Positions 25,680 through 35,624 are shown, numbered from the stretch's first letter. The stretch: 64,000 bases of DNA from Bacteroidota bacterium (GCA_042584005.1 JBHOTF010000003.1:10652-74651); one strand, 5' to 3'. Translations and numbers: made by a program. The notes: a model not told the origin generated them from the letters alone.

Positions 25680-28600
25680 ATGAAAAAGAAACTTCTTATT
25701 TTGCTATCCAAAGGAATATTGTGTTTTTTCTTTTTAGCGCCTAATTATATTTTCTCTCAGGGATTTGAGGGATATTATCGTTATCCTGCTGTACAGGGAA
25801 ATACTGTTGTATTTGCTGCCGAAGGAGATATTTGGACTGTTCCCCTAACCGGAGGTATTGCCCAAAGATTAACTTCGCATCAAGAAGAAGAAAGCTACCC
25901 TTCAATTTCACCGGATGGAAAAACAATTGCCTTTTCTGCAAGTTACGAAGGCCCTACGGAGATTTATACTATGCCGATTACCGGGGGTTTACCTGTGAGA
26001 TGGACCTATGAAAGTGATTTTTCAATGGTAAACGGTTGGACTCCGGATGGAAAAATAGTTTACGACACAAGAGCTTTTTCTACGCTCCCAGACCGGCAAT
26101 TGATTACCATAGATACAAAAACATCGCAGAAAAACCGGATTCCTTTGAGTCAGGCAAGTGAGGCCTCTTTCGATAAAACCGGTAAAACGGTTTACTTTGT
26201 CCGACCTTCCTATCATGGAAACGTTACAAAAAGATACAAAGGCGGTACTGCAAGACAAATATGGAAGTATACTCAAGGCAGCCCTGAGGCAATAAAACTG
26301 ACAAAAGATTATAAAGGAGAAAGTCATCATCCTATGTGGTTTAATGGCAGAGTATATTTCATTTCTGACCGGGATGGAATTATGAATATCTGGTCAATTG
26401 ATGAAAATGGAAATAATTTAACAAAACACACTAATCATACAGGATTTGATGTCCGGTATGCAGGATTGTCAGAAGGAAATATTGTGTATCAGCTTGGAGC
26501 AGATATTTGGCATTATAATATTCAGGCGAATACACAAAATAAAATTAATATTACACTGGCCTCGGATCTTGATCAATTAAGGGAAAAATGGGTTGACAAT
26601 CCTTCCAGTTATATCACATCAGTCTATCCGGATAAAGAAGGAGAAAAAATTGTAATTACAGCAAGAGGACGGGTTTTTGTTGCACCTGTGAAGTCAGGTA
26701 GATTTGTTGAATTTACAGATAAAAAGAATGTAAGATATCGTGACGCGATATTCTCTGAAAATGGAGAAAACATTTATGTTTTGTCAGATGAAAGCGGGGA
26801 GTTTGAATTCATCAGCATGCCATCGAACGGCATTGGAGAGCATAAATCTATTACCGATAATGGAAAGTTGCTCCGATTTAGTGGAATTCCATCGCCTGAT
26901 GGGAAGAGTCTGGTATATAAAGATCTTCATAGTAATATGTTTTTGCTAAATATTTCAACAGGTATCAGCAAAAAAATATCAACCAACCAGGAAGGAATAA
27001 GCACATATTCCTGGTCACCAGACAGCAAGTGGCTGGCTTTTGTCCAGACTGCTTTAAACACTATGAGCCAAATACACCTGTACAATTTGGAATCAGGTAA
27101 ATCTTTTCCAATTACAACAGACAGGGCAAATAGTACTAACCCGGAATGGAGTCCGGATGGGAAGTTTATTTATTTCTTATCTGACAGGAGTTTTACAACT
27201 CTTGTAGGTTCTCCCTGGGGAGCCAGGCAGCCAGAACCATATTTTGATGCCAGCGAAAAAATATATCACATAGCCCTGGAAAAAGGCACACGATCGCCAT
27301 TTCGTCCCAATGATGAGCTGAGTGTTGACAAAAAACCGGATACAACAGATATAAAAAAAGATAAAAATAAAGATTCTGTTCAGGTTGTAATTGATCAGAT
27401 GGGTATTATTGATCGAATTGCCGAGGTTCCTGTTCCGGCAGGTAATTACCGTGGTTTGGATGTTACTAAAAAGGCTATTTACCTTATGACAAGTGAAACC
27501 GGATTAAATGCAAAAACCCACCTTGGCCTTGTAAAAATAAGCAATGAAAAAGTGAAGCTGGAAAAAATGGTGGAAGATGTGAGAAGTTTTATTGTAACAG
27601 AAAATGGAAATAAAATACTTGTTAGAAAACAAAATAATTTTTACATGATTGATGCCGGTACCAGTAAAGTAAGTGATATAAGTTCTAAAAAAATTGATCT
27701 GAGCGGGTGGCATTTTGCTATTACTCCGCAGGAAGACTGGAAGCAAATATTTACAGATGCCTGGCGTATGGAACGTGATTATTTTTATGATGAAAAAATG
27801 CATGGAGTTAACTGGAAAGCTATGCATGATAAATATTATCCTCTTATTGATAGGGTAACCACCAGGGTAGAATTATCTGATTTGATTGGAAGATTCGTTG
27901 GTGAACTTGCTGCACTGCATACAAGTGTGGGAGGAGGCGATACAAGGAATGATAAACAAAACTTGCCAGTTGCTAATCTTGGTGCATTATTCAGCAGAGA
28001 TAAAAAGAGAGGAGGATTTCTAATTGAACATATTTATAAAGCTGACCCTGATTATCCCAATGAAAAGTCGCCTTTAGATGATCCGTATTTAGACATTAGA
28101 GTGGGAGATATTATCACAAGCATAAATGGTAAATCAGCTTTATCGGCAATAGATATAGGAGAGCTTCTTAGGAATCAGGCAGGAAAGCAGGTAAGGCTTA
28201 AAGTAAAACGTGATTCGAAAGAACGGGATGTTATTGTGGTGCCAAAAGGGAACTTGTCTGGTCTGCGTTATAGGGATTGGGAATATTCAAGGCGTTTGGA
28301 AGTTGAAAAGAAAACAGAAAACAGTGTTGGTTATGTGCATCTTCAGGCTATGGGAGGAAGAGATATTAATCAGTGGTATAAAGAGTTTTACCCTGTTTTT
28401 AATAGACCTGGCTTAATCATTGACGTGAGACATAACAGAGGGGGAAATATTGAAAGCTTTATCCTGGAGAAATTGCTTAGAAAAGCCTGGATGTATTGGA
28501 AGTCGAGATCAGGCAACCCATCCTGGAACATGCAATATGCATTTCGGGGTCATATTGTAATATTGGTGGATGAAAATACTGCTTCTGATGGCGAAGCTTT

Positions 28601-28937
28601 TGCAGAAGGATTTAAAAAATTGAACCTGGGCACTGCCATTGGTACCAGAACCTGGGGTGGTGAAATATGGCTAAGCAGTTCTAATAGATTAAGCGATGGA
28701 GGTGTTGCACGAGCCCCAATGGATGGAGTTTATGGGCCTGATGGAGATTGGCTGATTGAAGGGCATGGTTTTGAGCCGGATATTGTTGTCGAAAATTTAC
28801 CACATTCAACATTTAAGGGTGAGGATGCCCAGCTGCAAGCAGCAATAGATCATCTGTTAAAATTGATTGCTGAAGATCCCAGAGAAGTTCCGCCAGTCCC
28901 ACAACATCCTGATAAATCATTTAATAATAAGAAATAG
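25680..28937 (+). CDS. Tricorn-protease-like S41 peptidase (beta-propellers + PDZ + S41 catalytic domain)
   Basis: Signal MKKKLLILLSKGILCFFFLAPNYIFSQ. Repeated SPDGK..IAF/LAF propeller motifs. PDZ (VGDIITSINGKS). S41 core (IIDVRHNRGGN, ILVDENTASDGEAFAEGFK). Confidence 0.88.
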   Translation: MKKKLLILLSKGILCFFFLAPNYIFSQGFEGYYRYPAVQGNTVVFAAEGDIWTVPLTGGIAQRLTSHQEEESYPSISPDGKTIAFSASYEGPTEIYTMPITGGLPVRWTYESDFSMVNGWTPDGKIVYDTRAFSTLPDRQLITIDTKTSQKNRIPLSQASEASFDKTGKTVYFVRPSYHGNVTKRYKGGTARQIWKYTQGSPEAIKLTKDYKGESHHPMWFNGRVYFISDRDGIMNIWSIDENGNNLTKHTNHTGFDVRYAGLSEGNIVYQLGADIWHYNIQANTQNKINITLASDLDQLREKWVDNPSSYITSVYPDKEGEKIVITARGRVFVAPVKSGRFVEFTDKKNVRYRDAIFSENGENIYVLSDESGEFEFISMPSNGIGEHKSITDNGKLLRFSGIPSPDGKSLVYKDLHSNMFLLNISTGISKKISTNQEGISTYSWSPDSKWLAFVQTALNTMSQIHLYNLESGKSFPITTDRANSTNPEWSPDGKFIYFLSDRSFTTLVGSPWGARQPEPYFDASEKIYHIALEKGTRSPFRPNDELSVDKKPDTTDIKKDKNKDSVQVVIDQMGIIDRIAEVPVPAGNYRGLDVTKKAIYLMTSETGLNAKTHLGLVKISNEKVKLEKMVEDVRSFIVTENGNKILVRKQNNFYMIDAGTSKVSDISSKKIDLSGWHFAITPQEDWKQIFTDAWRMERDYFYDEKMHGVNWKAMHDKYYPLIDRVTTRVELSDLIGRFVGELAALHTSVGGGDTRNDKQNLPVANLGALFSRDKKRGGFLIEHIYKADPDYPNEKSPLDDPYLDIRVGDIITSINGKSALSAIDIGELLRNQAGKQVRLKVKRDSKERDVIVVPKGNLSGLRYRDWEYSRRLEVEKKTENSVGYVHLQAMGGRDINQWYKEFYPVFNRPGLIIDVRHNRGGNIESFILEKLLRKAWMYWKSRSGNPSWNMQYAFRGHIVILVDENTASDGEAFAEGFKKLNLGTAIGTRTWGGEIWLSSSNRLSDGGVARAPMDGVYGPDGDWLIEGHGFEPDIVVENLPHSTFKGEDAQLQAAIDHLLKLIAEDPREVPPVPQHPDKSFNNKK

Positions 28938-28966
28938 GATATCATTTATTAACAAATTGATCCGGA

Positions 28967-29761
28967 TTATTTTATTTTACCGCTCAATTCAGCATACATT
29001 TTAATGGCTTTCTCAGCCAGAGTTTTTGTGGCATTTACAACCGGTACGTTTACCCTGTGTGGATTAAATGCCAATGGTATTTCGGTGCAGCCAAGAATAA
29101 TTAATTCAGCTCCTTTATCAATTACATTCTGACCTGCTTCTGCCAGAAGGTCTTCATTAATTTGCCGGTCAATACCAGATTTTATTCCAAATATGGCTTT
29201 CATAACCTTTTCATTTTCTACATCATCATCAGGTATAACAACCTGAAATCCTTTATTTATCAGTTCCTTTTCATAGAGTTTGGTTTCTATAGTAGCAGTT
29301 GTTGCCAGTAATCCAACCTTCTTAACATCAGGATATTTATCAGACACAACCTGAACGGCTTCTTTTATCATATTAATTATAGGTATGGATACGGCATCCT
29401 GCATATAATCGAAAAAATAATGAACAGTATTGCAGGGAATTGCAATAAATGATGCGCCGGCATCCTCGAGTAACTTCACTGCTTCTACAATATAAGGAAC
29501 AACGATTTGATCTTTATTCCTTATACTGGCCATTCTGTCGGGTATTCTTGGTTGGCTGTATATTATGGTCGGAATATGTTCCTGGTCGGTTTTAGCAGGT
29601 GTTAACTTAACCACCTGTTGATAAAGATCGGCCGTCGCTCCTGGCCCCATACCTCCGAAAATTCCAAGTCTGATCATATCAGATGGTTTTTCCTTTTCCG
29701 AAGTACATGCAAATAAAATTGTAATCAGTAAAAACAATAGAGTTAAAATCCTGTTTTTCAT
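28967..29761 (-). CDS. Aspartate/glutamate-racemase-family (PLP-independent) amino-acid racemase carrying an N-terminal signal/lipoprotein peptide
   Basis: Start chosen at MKNRILTLLFLLITILFACTSEKE. Racemase motifs are GIFGGMGPGATADLYQ and both catalytic Cys contexts, AIPCNTVHYF and ILGCTEIPL. Confidence 0.8.
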   Translation of the reverse strand: MKNRILTLLFLLITILFACTSEKEKPSDMIRLGIFGGMGPGATADLYQQVVKLTPAKTDQEHIPTIIYSQPRIPDRMASIRNKDQIVVPYIVEAVKLLEDAGASFIAIPCNTVHYFFDYMQDAVSIPIINMIKEAVQVVSDKYPDVKKVGLLATTATIETKLYEKELINKGFQVVIPDDDVENEKVMKAIFGIKSGIDRQINEDLLAEAGQNVIDKGAELIILGCTEIPLAFNPHRVNVPVVNATKTLAEKAIKMYAELSGKIK

Positions 29762-29890
29762 ATAATAATTAATTAGTTTAGGAACATAATAAATATACAT
29801 TAAATATACGATAAAAAGCCTGCTAAAGATACTATTTTATTACCGTGACCGTTGTAATATAATCTTGACAATAAAAACGATTGGATCGAC

Positions 29891-31135
29891 ATGAAACAGC
29901 AAATTATTGATAGTATACACGATCCGGACAAACTGGAGAACTTATATCGTCAGGATCATAGAAATTTTGAAAAATACTTTACCGAAATCTCCGGAGACTA
30001 TGATACTTCCCTGGTAAGATTCTGGAAAATCCGCCTTGCCCATGACAGGGCAACAGAGAGGAAAGGTTCTCAGCTCCGTGATCTTTTTGAGGTGCTTGCT
30101 ATTGCTGTATTCACGGCAATCCTGGTTTTAATTCCGGCCGTATTTACAGGAGTCGACCAGGAATTCTTTTATCTCAGGAATATAGCACTCATTGCATTTA
30201 ACGGGCTCATTATTTATTCCTTCTGGCTTAACAAGATCTCAGGTTTAAGAAAAGCGATGCTGTACGGAGCTGTTTTGATTGCCACAGGCTTATATATAAA
30301 CCTGTTGCCAACCAGCCCGGGCGATTCCATTATGATAGCCATTTTGCATGTTCCGCTGATGTTGTGGTGTTTCTTCGGATTAGTCCATGTGCAGTTCAAC
30401 TACCGCAATTTGTCGGGCCGGATGGATTTTATCCGATTCAGTGGCGAATTGATTATCATGACCGGATTGATCCTGCTGGCAGGTGGAGTGCTTACTGTTA
30501 TCACCCAGGGTTTGTTCAATGTAATTGGAATAAATACTATGCAGTTCTATATAGATTTCATTGCCATTCCTGGCGGCGTGGCATCGCCAGTAATTGCATA
30601 TTACCTAATCAGGACCTATCCCGGGATCACCACTAAAATTGCCCCTGTCATTGCACGGGTTTTCACCCCGGTGGTGCTGGTAACGCTGACCGTTTTTCTG
30701 GTTTTGTTCCTCTTTACAAACAATAGCATCCTGGAGAACAGGGAACTTCTAATCATTTTCAATGTGATGCTCATGGGAGTACTGGCTCTGATCATATTTT
30801 CCATCTCAGAGATCAACAAAGAAATATCAGGTAAGAATACCTTGTTGGCATTACTTTTCCTGTCGATCATGGCCATTGTCATTAACTCCATTGCATTAGC
30901 AGCTATCATCTCCAGAATATCTGAAGGATTAACCCCAAACCGGGCTGTCGTTTTAATCACCAACATCCTGGTTTTCATTAATCTGATAATGATAGCCGAA
31001 AAACTATACCGATCTTGTTTTAAAGGTGCACCCAAAGAAATTATTGAAAAATCGGTCGCAAGGTACTTTGCGGTTTATGCAGTCTGGACCCTAATAGCGA
31101 TATTTATTTTCCCGGTCGTATTTGGATTCCGGTAG
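29891..31135 (+). CDS. Multi-pass integral membrane protein of unknown function
   Basis: 414 aa. Soluble N-terminus of about 65 aa (DPDKLENLYRQDHRNFEKYF), then about 10 hydrophobic segments. Visibly more GC-rich than its flanks. Confidence 0.65.
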   Translation: MKQQIIDSIHDPDKLENLYRQDHRNFEKYFTEISGDYDTSLVRFWKIRLAHDRATERKGSQLRDLFEVLAIAVFTAILVLIPAVFTGVDQEFFYLRNIALIAFNGLIIYSFWLNKISGLRKAMLYGAVLIATGLYINLLPTSPGDSIMIAILHVPLMLWCFFGLVHVQFNYRNLSGRMDFIRFSGELIIMTGLILLAGGVLTVITQGLFNVIGINTMQFYIDFIAIPGGVASPVIAYYLIRTYPGITTKIAPVIARVFTPVVLVTLTVFLVLFLFTNNSILENRELLIIFNVMLMGVLALIIFSISEINKEISGKNTLLALLFLSIMAIVINSIALAAIISRISEGLTPNRAVVLITNILVFINLIMIAEKLYRSCFKGAPKEIIEKSVARYFAVYAVWTLIAIFIFPVVFGFR

Positions 31136-31235
31136 TTTTTCTCCCTGAAAATAGCCCTACACAATAGTATTAAAATTAATTTTATTTTTATCTTTAGGAT
31201 GATAAATATATTTCCTAATAATAATAAGTCTGACT

Positions 31236-31625
31236 ATGAAAAAGAAAACATCTCTCAGTAAAGTATCAATTATATTGGTAGTCATTGTTTTTATGCTTTC
31301 ATGTAGTACTTCTAAAAAAACAACGAAGGCAAAAATAACAGATTTTTCTGGCAACTATGAATGGGTGGTTGAACAACCTCAGAATAATGTTAGCGGAACA
31401 ATGAACCTTAAAAAAACAGAAAGTGGATATACCGGGAAAATGGACACAAGGGGTAACATACTAATAATGGAAGATATCAAAGTTGAGAACAATAGGATGA
31501 CTTGGGTTGCTGTTATTCCGGAAATGGACCTATCTTACTCCATTGTTTTTGAAGGGGGTAATTTTGAAGGAACAATGTATGTAGCGGATATCACTCTCAA
31601 GATCACTGGTAGAAAAATCAAATAG
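31236..31625 (+). CDS. Small hypothetical lipoprotein
   Basis: Signal + lipobox VVIVFMLSCSTSKK. 129 aa. No family recognised. Confidence 0.6.
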   Translation: MKKKTSLSKVSIILVVIVFMLSCSTSKKTTKAKITDFSGNYEWVVEQPQNNVSGTMNLKKTESGYTGKMDTRGNILIMEDIKVENNRMTWVAVIPEMDLSYSIVFEGGNFEGTMYVADITLKITGRKIK

Positions 31626-31805
31626 CCTGTGATTCCTTAGCAAAAAAAACCAAACCAATAGATGAATTGGTATTCATTTGCTCAATCCTAAAAGCAATTA
31701 ATAAACAAACTGCTCGCTTTGAGTGGCATATACAATTACATTAAAAATAATCAATCTTTTTTCAAAAATATATGCAATATTATTTTAATTTAATCTAAAT
31801 AAGAA

Positions 31806-31813
31806 TAACTTTG
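31806..31813 (+). promoter_or_regulatory. Bacteroidota-type -7 promoter box (TAACTTTG)
   Basis: TAnnTTTG followed by CAG, 38 nt upstream of ATG 31851. Confidence 0.5.
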
Positions 31814-31850
31814 CAGTAAAATAATCAATAATAATTAAACTTTTGTGATT

Positions 31851-32216
31851 ATGAAAACAATATTTTATAATAGAAGGAAAATGGCAGGACCAATATTTAT
31901 AATTTTACTTATTTTTGGATTAAGCTCATATTCTGGTAGTTATGCCATAAACAAGAACAATACCAATATTGATGAGCCACAAACTCTAATGTTTATATCT
32001 ATTACTGAGTTAATTGATATCTATATTGAAGAATCACCGATATCAGTTTCTTATATAGATGACTGGATGCTTGATGATTCTTATTTTAAAGATTTTCCTG
32101 AGGATACTTATATCGAAAAATGGATGCTTGATGATTCTTATTTTGAAGATTTTCCTGAGGATACTTATATTGAAAACTGGATGCTTGATGATTCTTATTT
32201 CGAGTTTAGAGATTAG
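31851..32216 (+). CDS. Small signal-anchored acidic protein with tandem WMLDDSYF-DFPEDTYIE repeats
   Basis: The ORF opens GTG-ATT-ATG, and I chose ATG 31851. Hydrophobic segment GPIFIILLIFGLSSYSGSYA. The C-terminus is 2.5 near-identical 19-aa repeats. Confidence 0.6.
   Translation: MKTIFYNRRKMAGPIFIILLIFGLSSYSGSYAINKNNTNIDEPQTLMFISITELIDIYIEESPISVSYIDDWMLDDSYFKDFPEDTYIEKWMLDDSYFEDFPEDTYIENWMLDDSYFEFRD
32064..32207 (+). repeat. Tandem 57-bp repeat, 2.5 copies, in frame within the small acidic protein gene
   Basis: TGG (Trp) codons at 32064, 32121 and 32178 each begin tggatgcttgatgattcttatttt. The copies differ at only a few positions. Confidence 0.9.
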
Positions 32217-32502
32217 ATGTCTTATTGGAAATTCAGGATATCCCTCTTGCATTGATAACAACCGGCCACATGGTTTAAAATAAGATTTATGGTTGTCTCA
32301 ATCGTTATCAATAATTAATCACAGAGATAATAATAATCTTTTATGATGGTGACGACAAACTGTCCAACTCTATTTTATCATCAATTTTTTATAACTTGCT
32401 ACTTCTAACTAACTTTATGCTATAACTGATGATTAAATTCTACATTTTAGCTGTAATATTAAGCAATGATAGAAAATAGTTTAAAATCAAATAACTATAA
32501 TA

Positions 32503-33687
32503 TTGGTTCACAAAATTAGATTAACAGCAAGAAAAGGATTACAACTATTATGTTTTTCTGTATTTAGTTTGAGTTTTTACAATGGTTATGCTCAAACTAT
32601 ATCAGATGACATAAAACGGGAGGTTATTCAAAATGTAAGCGTAGGACAATATGAAAAAGCGACTACAATTCTTGAAAATAATCTCAATATAATATGTAAT
32701 GATACTACCGGACTATTCGATGCATTGGTTAATCTTTATTTTTATGAAAAGAAATGGGATAGCGTTATAAAAATCTATTCTCTACATAGTTTCAGTGAAA
32801 ATGAAGATACATCTATTCTTGATTTGGCAAGGTTTTATTCAAAGTATAATGACGAGAAGATTGTTTTGAATTCAACTTTAAACATACCATATAAACCGAA
32901 TAGAGTTGGGACTCCCATTATAGAGGTAAAAGTGAATGGGAAAAAATATCGTTTTTGGGTGGATACAGGCTGTGGAATGACTGTACTATCTTTAAAAACA
33001 GCCAAAGAATGCAATATTAAACAGAATTCATCAATAAGTACTATTGCAAAGGCAGCAACAGGATATAGTGTGAACACTACACCAGGACTGATTGACTCTT
33101 TATCAATTGATAATCTTAAAGTATACAACCATCATTGTATAATATTCGCTAGTAAAAATCTTGAATTTAAAATATTAGGTATTCGCCTTTTGAAAATAGA
33201 TGGGATTATTGGTTGGAATTTGTTACAGGAATTTGATGTAACAATTAATGATAAAACAAAAACATTATCATTGGCAACTTCAATAAATAATGAAAAAGAA
33301 GAGAATTTCTTTTGGTGGAGTAAACCTCTAATAGCCTGTACAGATTCTGTCGGACAATCATTATTATTTTTCATAGACACAGGAGCAAGTAAAGCTGGAT
33401 TATATGAGCCATTTTTAGATAAGATAGATACTTCAAATGCAATTAAAAGAAATACACGTATGGTTTCTGTAGGTGGTTTAAGAAAAATTAGATCGTATAT
33501 GTTTCCAAACATAAAACTAAACACAGGAGGTCAAACACTGATACTGGAAAATGTATCAACATTACCTTCCAATACTAACGGATTGTTTGAAATAGATGGG
33601 GTCTTAGGTATGAAAGAATTAAAAAACTGTATTATGCATTTCAACATTAAACAAGGATTCTTTACAATTTCGAGTAGCAAAATATAA
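32503..33687 (+). CDS. Retropepsin-like (clan AA) aspartic protease, pseudo-dimeric with two DTG motifs, plus an N-terminal helical/TPR-like region
   Basis: A TTG start is needed to retain the signal LLCFSVFSLSFYNGYAQT. Two catalytic-type motifs are present: FWVDTGCGMTVLS and FFIDTGASKAGL. Confidence 0.7.
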   Translation: MVHKIRLTARKGLQLLCFSVFSLSFYNGYAQTISDDIKREVIQNVSVGQYEKATTILENNLNIICNDTTGLFDALVNLYFYEKKWDSVIKIYSLHSFSENEDTSILDLARFYSKYNDEKIVLNSTLNIPYKPNRVGTPIIEVKVNGKKYRFWVDTGCGMTVLSLKTAKECNIKQNSSISTIAKAATGYSVNTTPGLIDSLSIDNLKVYNHHCIIFASKNLEFKILGIRLLKIDGIIGWNLLQEFDVTINDKTKTLSLATSINNEKEENFFWWSKPLIACTDSVGQSLLFFIDTGASKAGLYEPFLDKIDTSNAIKRNTRMVSVGGLRKIRSYMFPNIKLNTGGQTLILENVSTLPSNTNGLFEIDGVLGMKELKNCIMHFNIKQGFFTISSSKI

Positions 33688-33873
33688 CTGCACTTAACCC
33701 TATTTATATACACAACACCTGTTTATTAAATAAACCGAACCCATAGATAATATAAATAACAGTAATGCAGCTGTACAATCTTAGCTGCCATTTGAATTAG
33801 AATTGCATATCTCAAAAAAAAACATTATAATATACTCTGAAATTTAATTATTAATTAAAAGGGAAATTATTTT

Positions 33874-34314
33874 ATGTTTCAAACAAAAGTATTTAATACA
33901 ACGAACAAACCGAATTTAAAAGAAAAAGAAAGCGTAATTGATTTTTTATTTGACAACCTCCAGGAATATGGAGACCCAAAATCAGATATAGAAAAATGTA
34001 TTGATTACGCATTGAAAGAAACAACTTCTTTTGGTGGATTTATTATAGTGTCATATTTAGAAAATGAAATATCAGGTGTAGTAGTGATAAACCAAACTGG
34101 AATGAAAGGTTATATTCCGGAAAATATCCTGGTTTATATTGCAACTCACAAAAATCATAGAGGAAAAGGAATAGGTAAAATGTTAATGCACAAAACCATT
34201 GATTTGGCTGAAGGAAGTATTGCATTACATGTTGAGCCCGAAAATCCAGCAAGGTTTTTATACGAAAAAGTTGGTTTTAGTAGCAAGTATATTGAAATGA
34301 GGTTGAAAAAGTAA
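33874..34314 (+). CDS. GNAT-family N-acetyltransferase
   Basis: Acetyl-CoA-binding motif HKNHRGKGIGKMLMHKTI. 146 aa. Confidence 0.82.
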   Translation: MFQTKVFNTTNKPNLKEKESVIDFLFDNLQEYGDPKSDIEKCIDYALKETTSFGGFIIVSYLENEISGVVVINQTGMKGYIPENILVYIATHKNHRGKGIGKMLMHKTIDLAEGSIALHVEPENPARFLYEKVGFSSKYIEMRLKK

Positions 34315-34469
34315 GGCTATGCAAGTTCACATAATTGATATTTCAATATTTGTGATCTATTTGATTTCAATGCTTGGTGTTGTGGGCTTATTTTATAATA
34401 ATGCTTGTTATTTTGGTTTTGGCTCGTGAATAAATATATTTTATGCCATTTAAAAAAAAACAATAAGGG

Positions 34470-35624
34470 ATGATTGATAATTCTCTAATAACGCTAAATG
34501 AAAATGCGGTTGAAAATAATATTGCTTTTTTAAAAAAGAAACTTGGCAACAAAGTTAAAATATCAGCCGTTGTTAAAGCTAACGCCTATGGACACGGCGT
34601 AGAGCAAGTTGTCCCACTTTTCGAGAAATATGGAATTGAGCATTACTCTGTTTTTAATTATAGCGAAGCTTTTCGGGTTTTTAATTGTATCTCTAAACCG
34701 GCAACAATTATGGTTATGGGATGGTTGTGTGAAAAAAGTATCAGAGGAGCAATCACAAAAGGAATAGAGTTTTTTGTTTTTAATATTGAACGACTCAATA
34801 TTGCAATAAAATATGCCAAAGAGCTTAACATAAAGGCTAAAATTCATCTTGAAGCCGAAACAGGAATGAATCGTTCAGGCCTAAATACCGATGAATTAAA
34901 TAATGCGATTGCCAAGATAAAAGAAAATGCTCATTATATTGAAATAGTTGGATTTTGCACACATCTTGCAGGAGCCGAGAGTGTTTCCAATCGCGTAAGG
35001 ATACAAAGTCAGTTAAAGAAATATAAAAAAATGTTAGCGACTCTTGAAACCAATGATTTTATTCCCAAATATAAACATGTTGCTAATTCTGCAGCAGCAT
35101 TTGTTTATCCAAAAGCAAGAATGGATTTGGTAAGAATAGGAATTATGCTTTATGGTTTTTGGTCGAGTAGCGAAGTTTATGTCCAATATATCAACAATAA
35201 AATCAATAAAATTGATCCTTTGAAAAGGATACTTGGATGGCAAAGTCAAATTATGGCGATAAAAAAAATTAAGAGCGGTGAATTTATAGGTTACGGCATT
35301 TCTTTTCTGGCTCAAACTGATATTACAACTGCATTAATCCCCGTTGGATATTCATTCGGCTACAATCGCTCATTGAGCAATAAGGGGCGAGTGCTTATAG
35401 GCGGTCAAAGATGCAGTGTAATTGGTGTTGTAAATATGAATATGATAATAGCAGATATTTCGCATATTAATGATGCAAAGGTAGGAGATGAAGTTGTTTT
35501 AATTGGAAAACAGGGCGACTTAGAAATAAAGGTAAGTGCATTTAGCGAAATTAGCGACGAACTTAATTATGAAATACTAGCACATTTATCAGAATCAATA
35601 ATACGAACAGTAATAAAACAATAA
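34470..35624 (+). CDS. alr: Alanine racemase (PLP, fold type III)
   Basis: PLP-Lys motif SAVVKANAYGHG. C-terminal beta domain (GYGISF..IPVGYSFGY..RCSVIGVVNMNM). Confidence 0.88.
   Translation: MIDNSLITLNENAVENNIAFLKKKLGNKVKISAVVKANAYGHGVEQVVPLFEKYGIEHYSVFNYSEAFRVFNCISKPATIMVMGWLCEKSIRGAITKGIEFFVFNIERLNIAIKYAKELNIKAKIHLEAETGMNRSGLNTDELNNAIAKIKENAHYIEIVGFCTHLAGAESVSNRVRIQSQLKKYKKMLATLETNDFIPKYKHVANSAAAFVYPKARMDLVRIGIMLYGFWSSSEVYVQYINNKINKIDPLKRILGWQSQIMAIKKIKSGEFIGYGISFLAQTDITTALIPVGYSFGYNRSLSNKGRVLIGGQRCSVIGVVNMNMIIADISHINDAKVGDEVVLIGKQGDLEIKVSAFSEISDELNYEILAHLSESIIRTVIKQ

Noticed and set aside
30214-31035. ORFs 30214-30399 (-), 30364-30636 (+) and 30616-31035 (-)
   Set aside because: They are nested in or antisense to the 414-aa membrane protein gene. 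Their translations are low-complexity with no motifs.
2263-32207. Possibility that the tandem repeats at 2263-2409 or 32064-32207 are CRISPR arrays
   Set aside because: The units are contiguous with no spacers. Their periods are 18 bp and 57 bp. They are in frame within coding sequences, and no cas genes are present.
33720-33736. 15-bp palindrome GTTTATTAAATAAAC after the protease gene
   Set aside because: It is purely AT-rich with 7-bp arms. It is too weak to act as a terminator stem and is plausible by chance in this composition.
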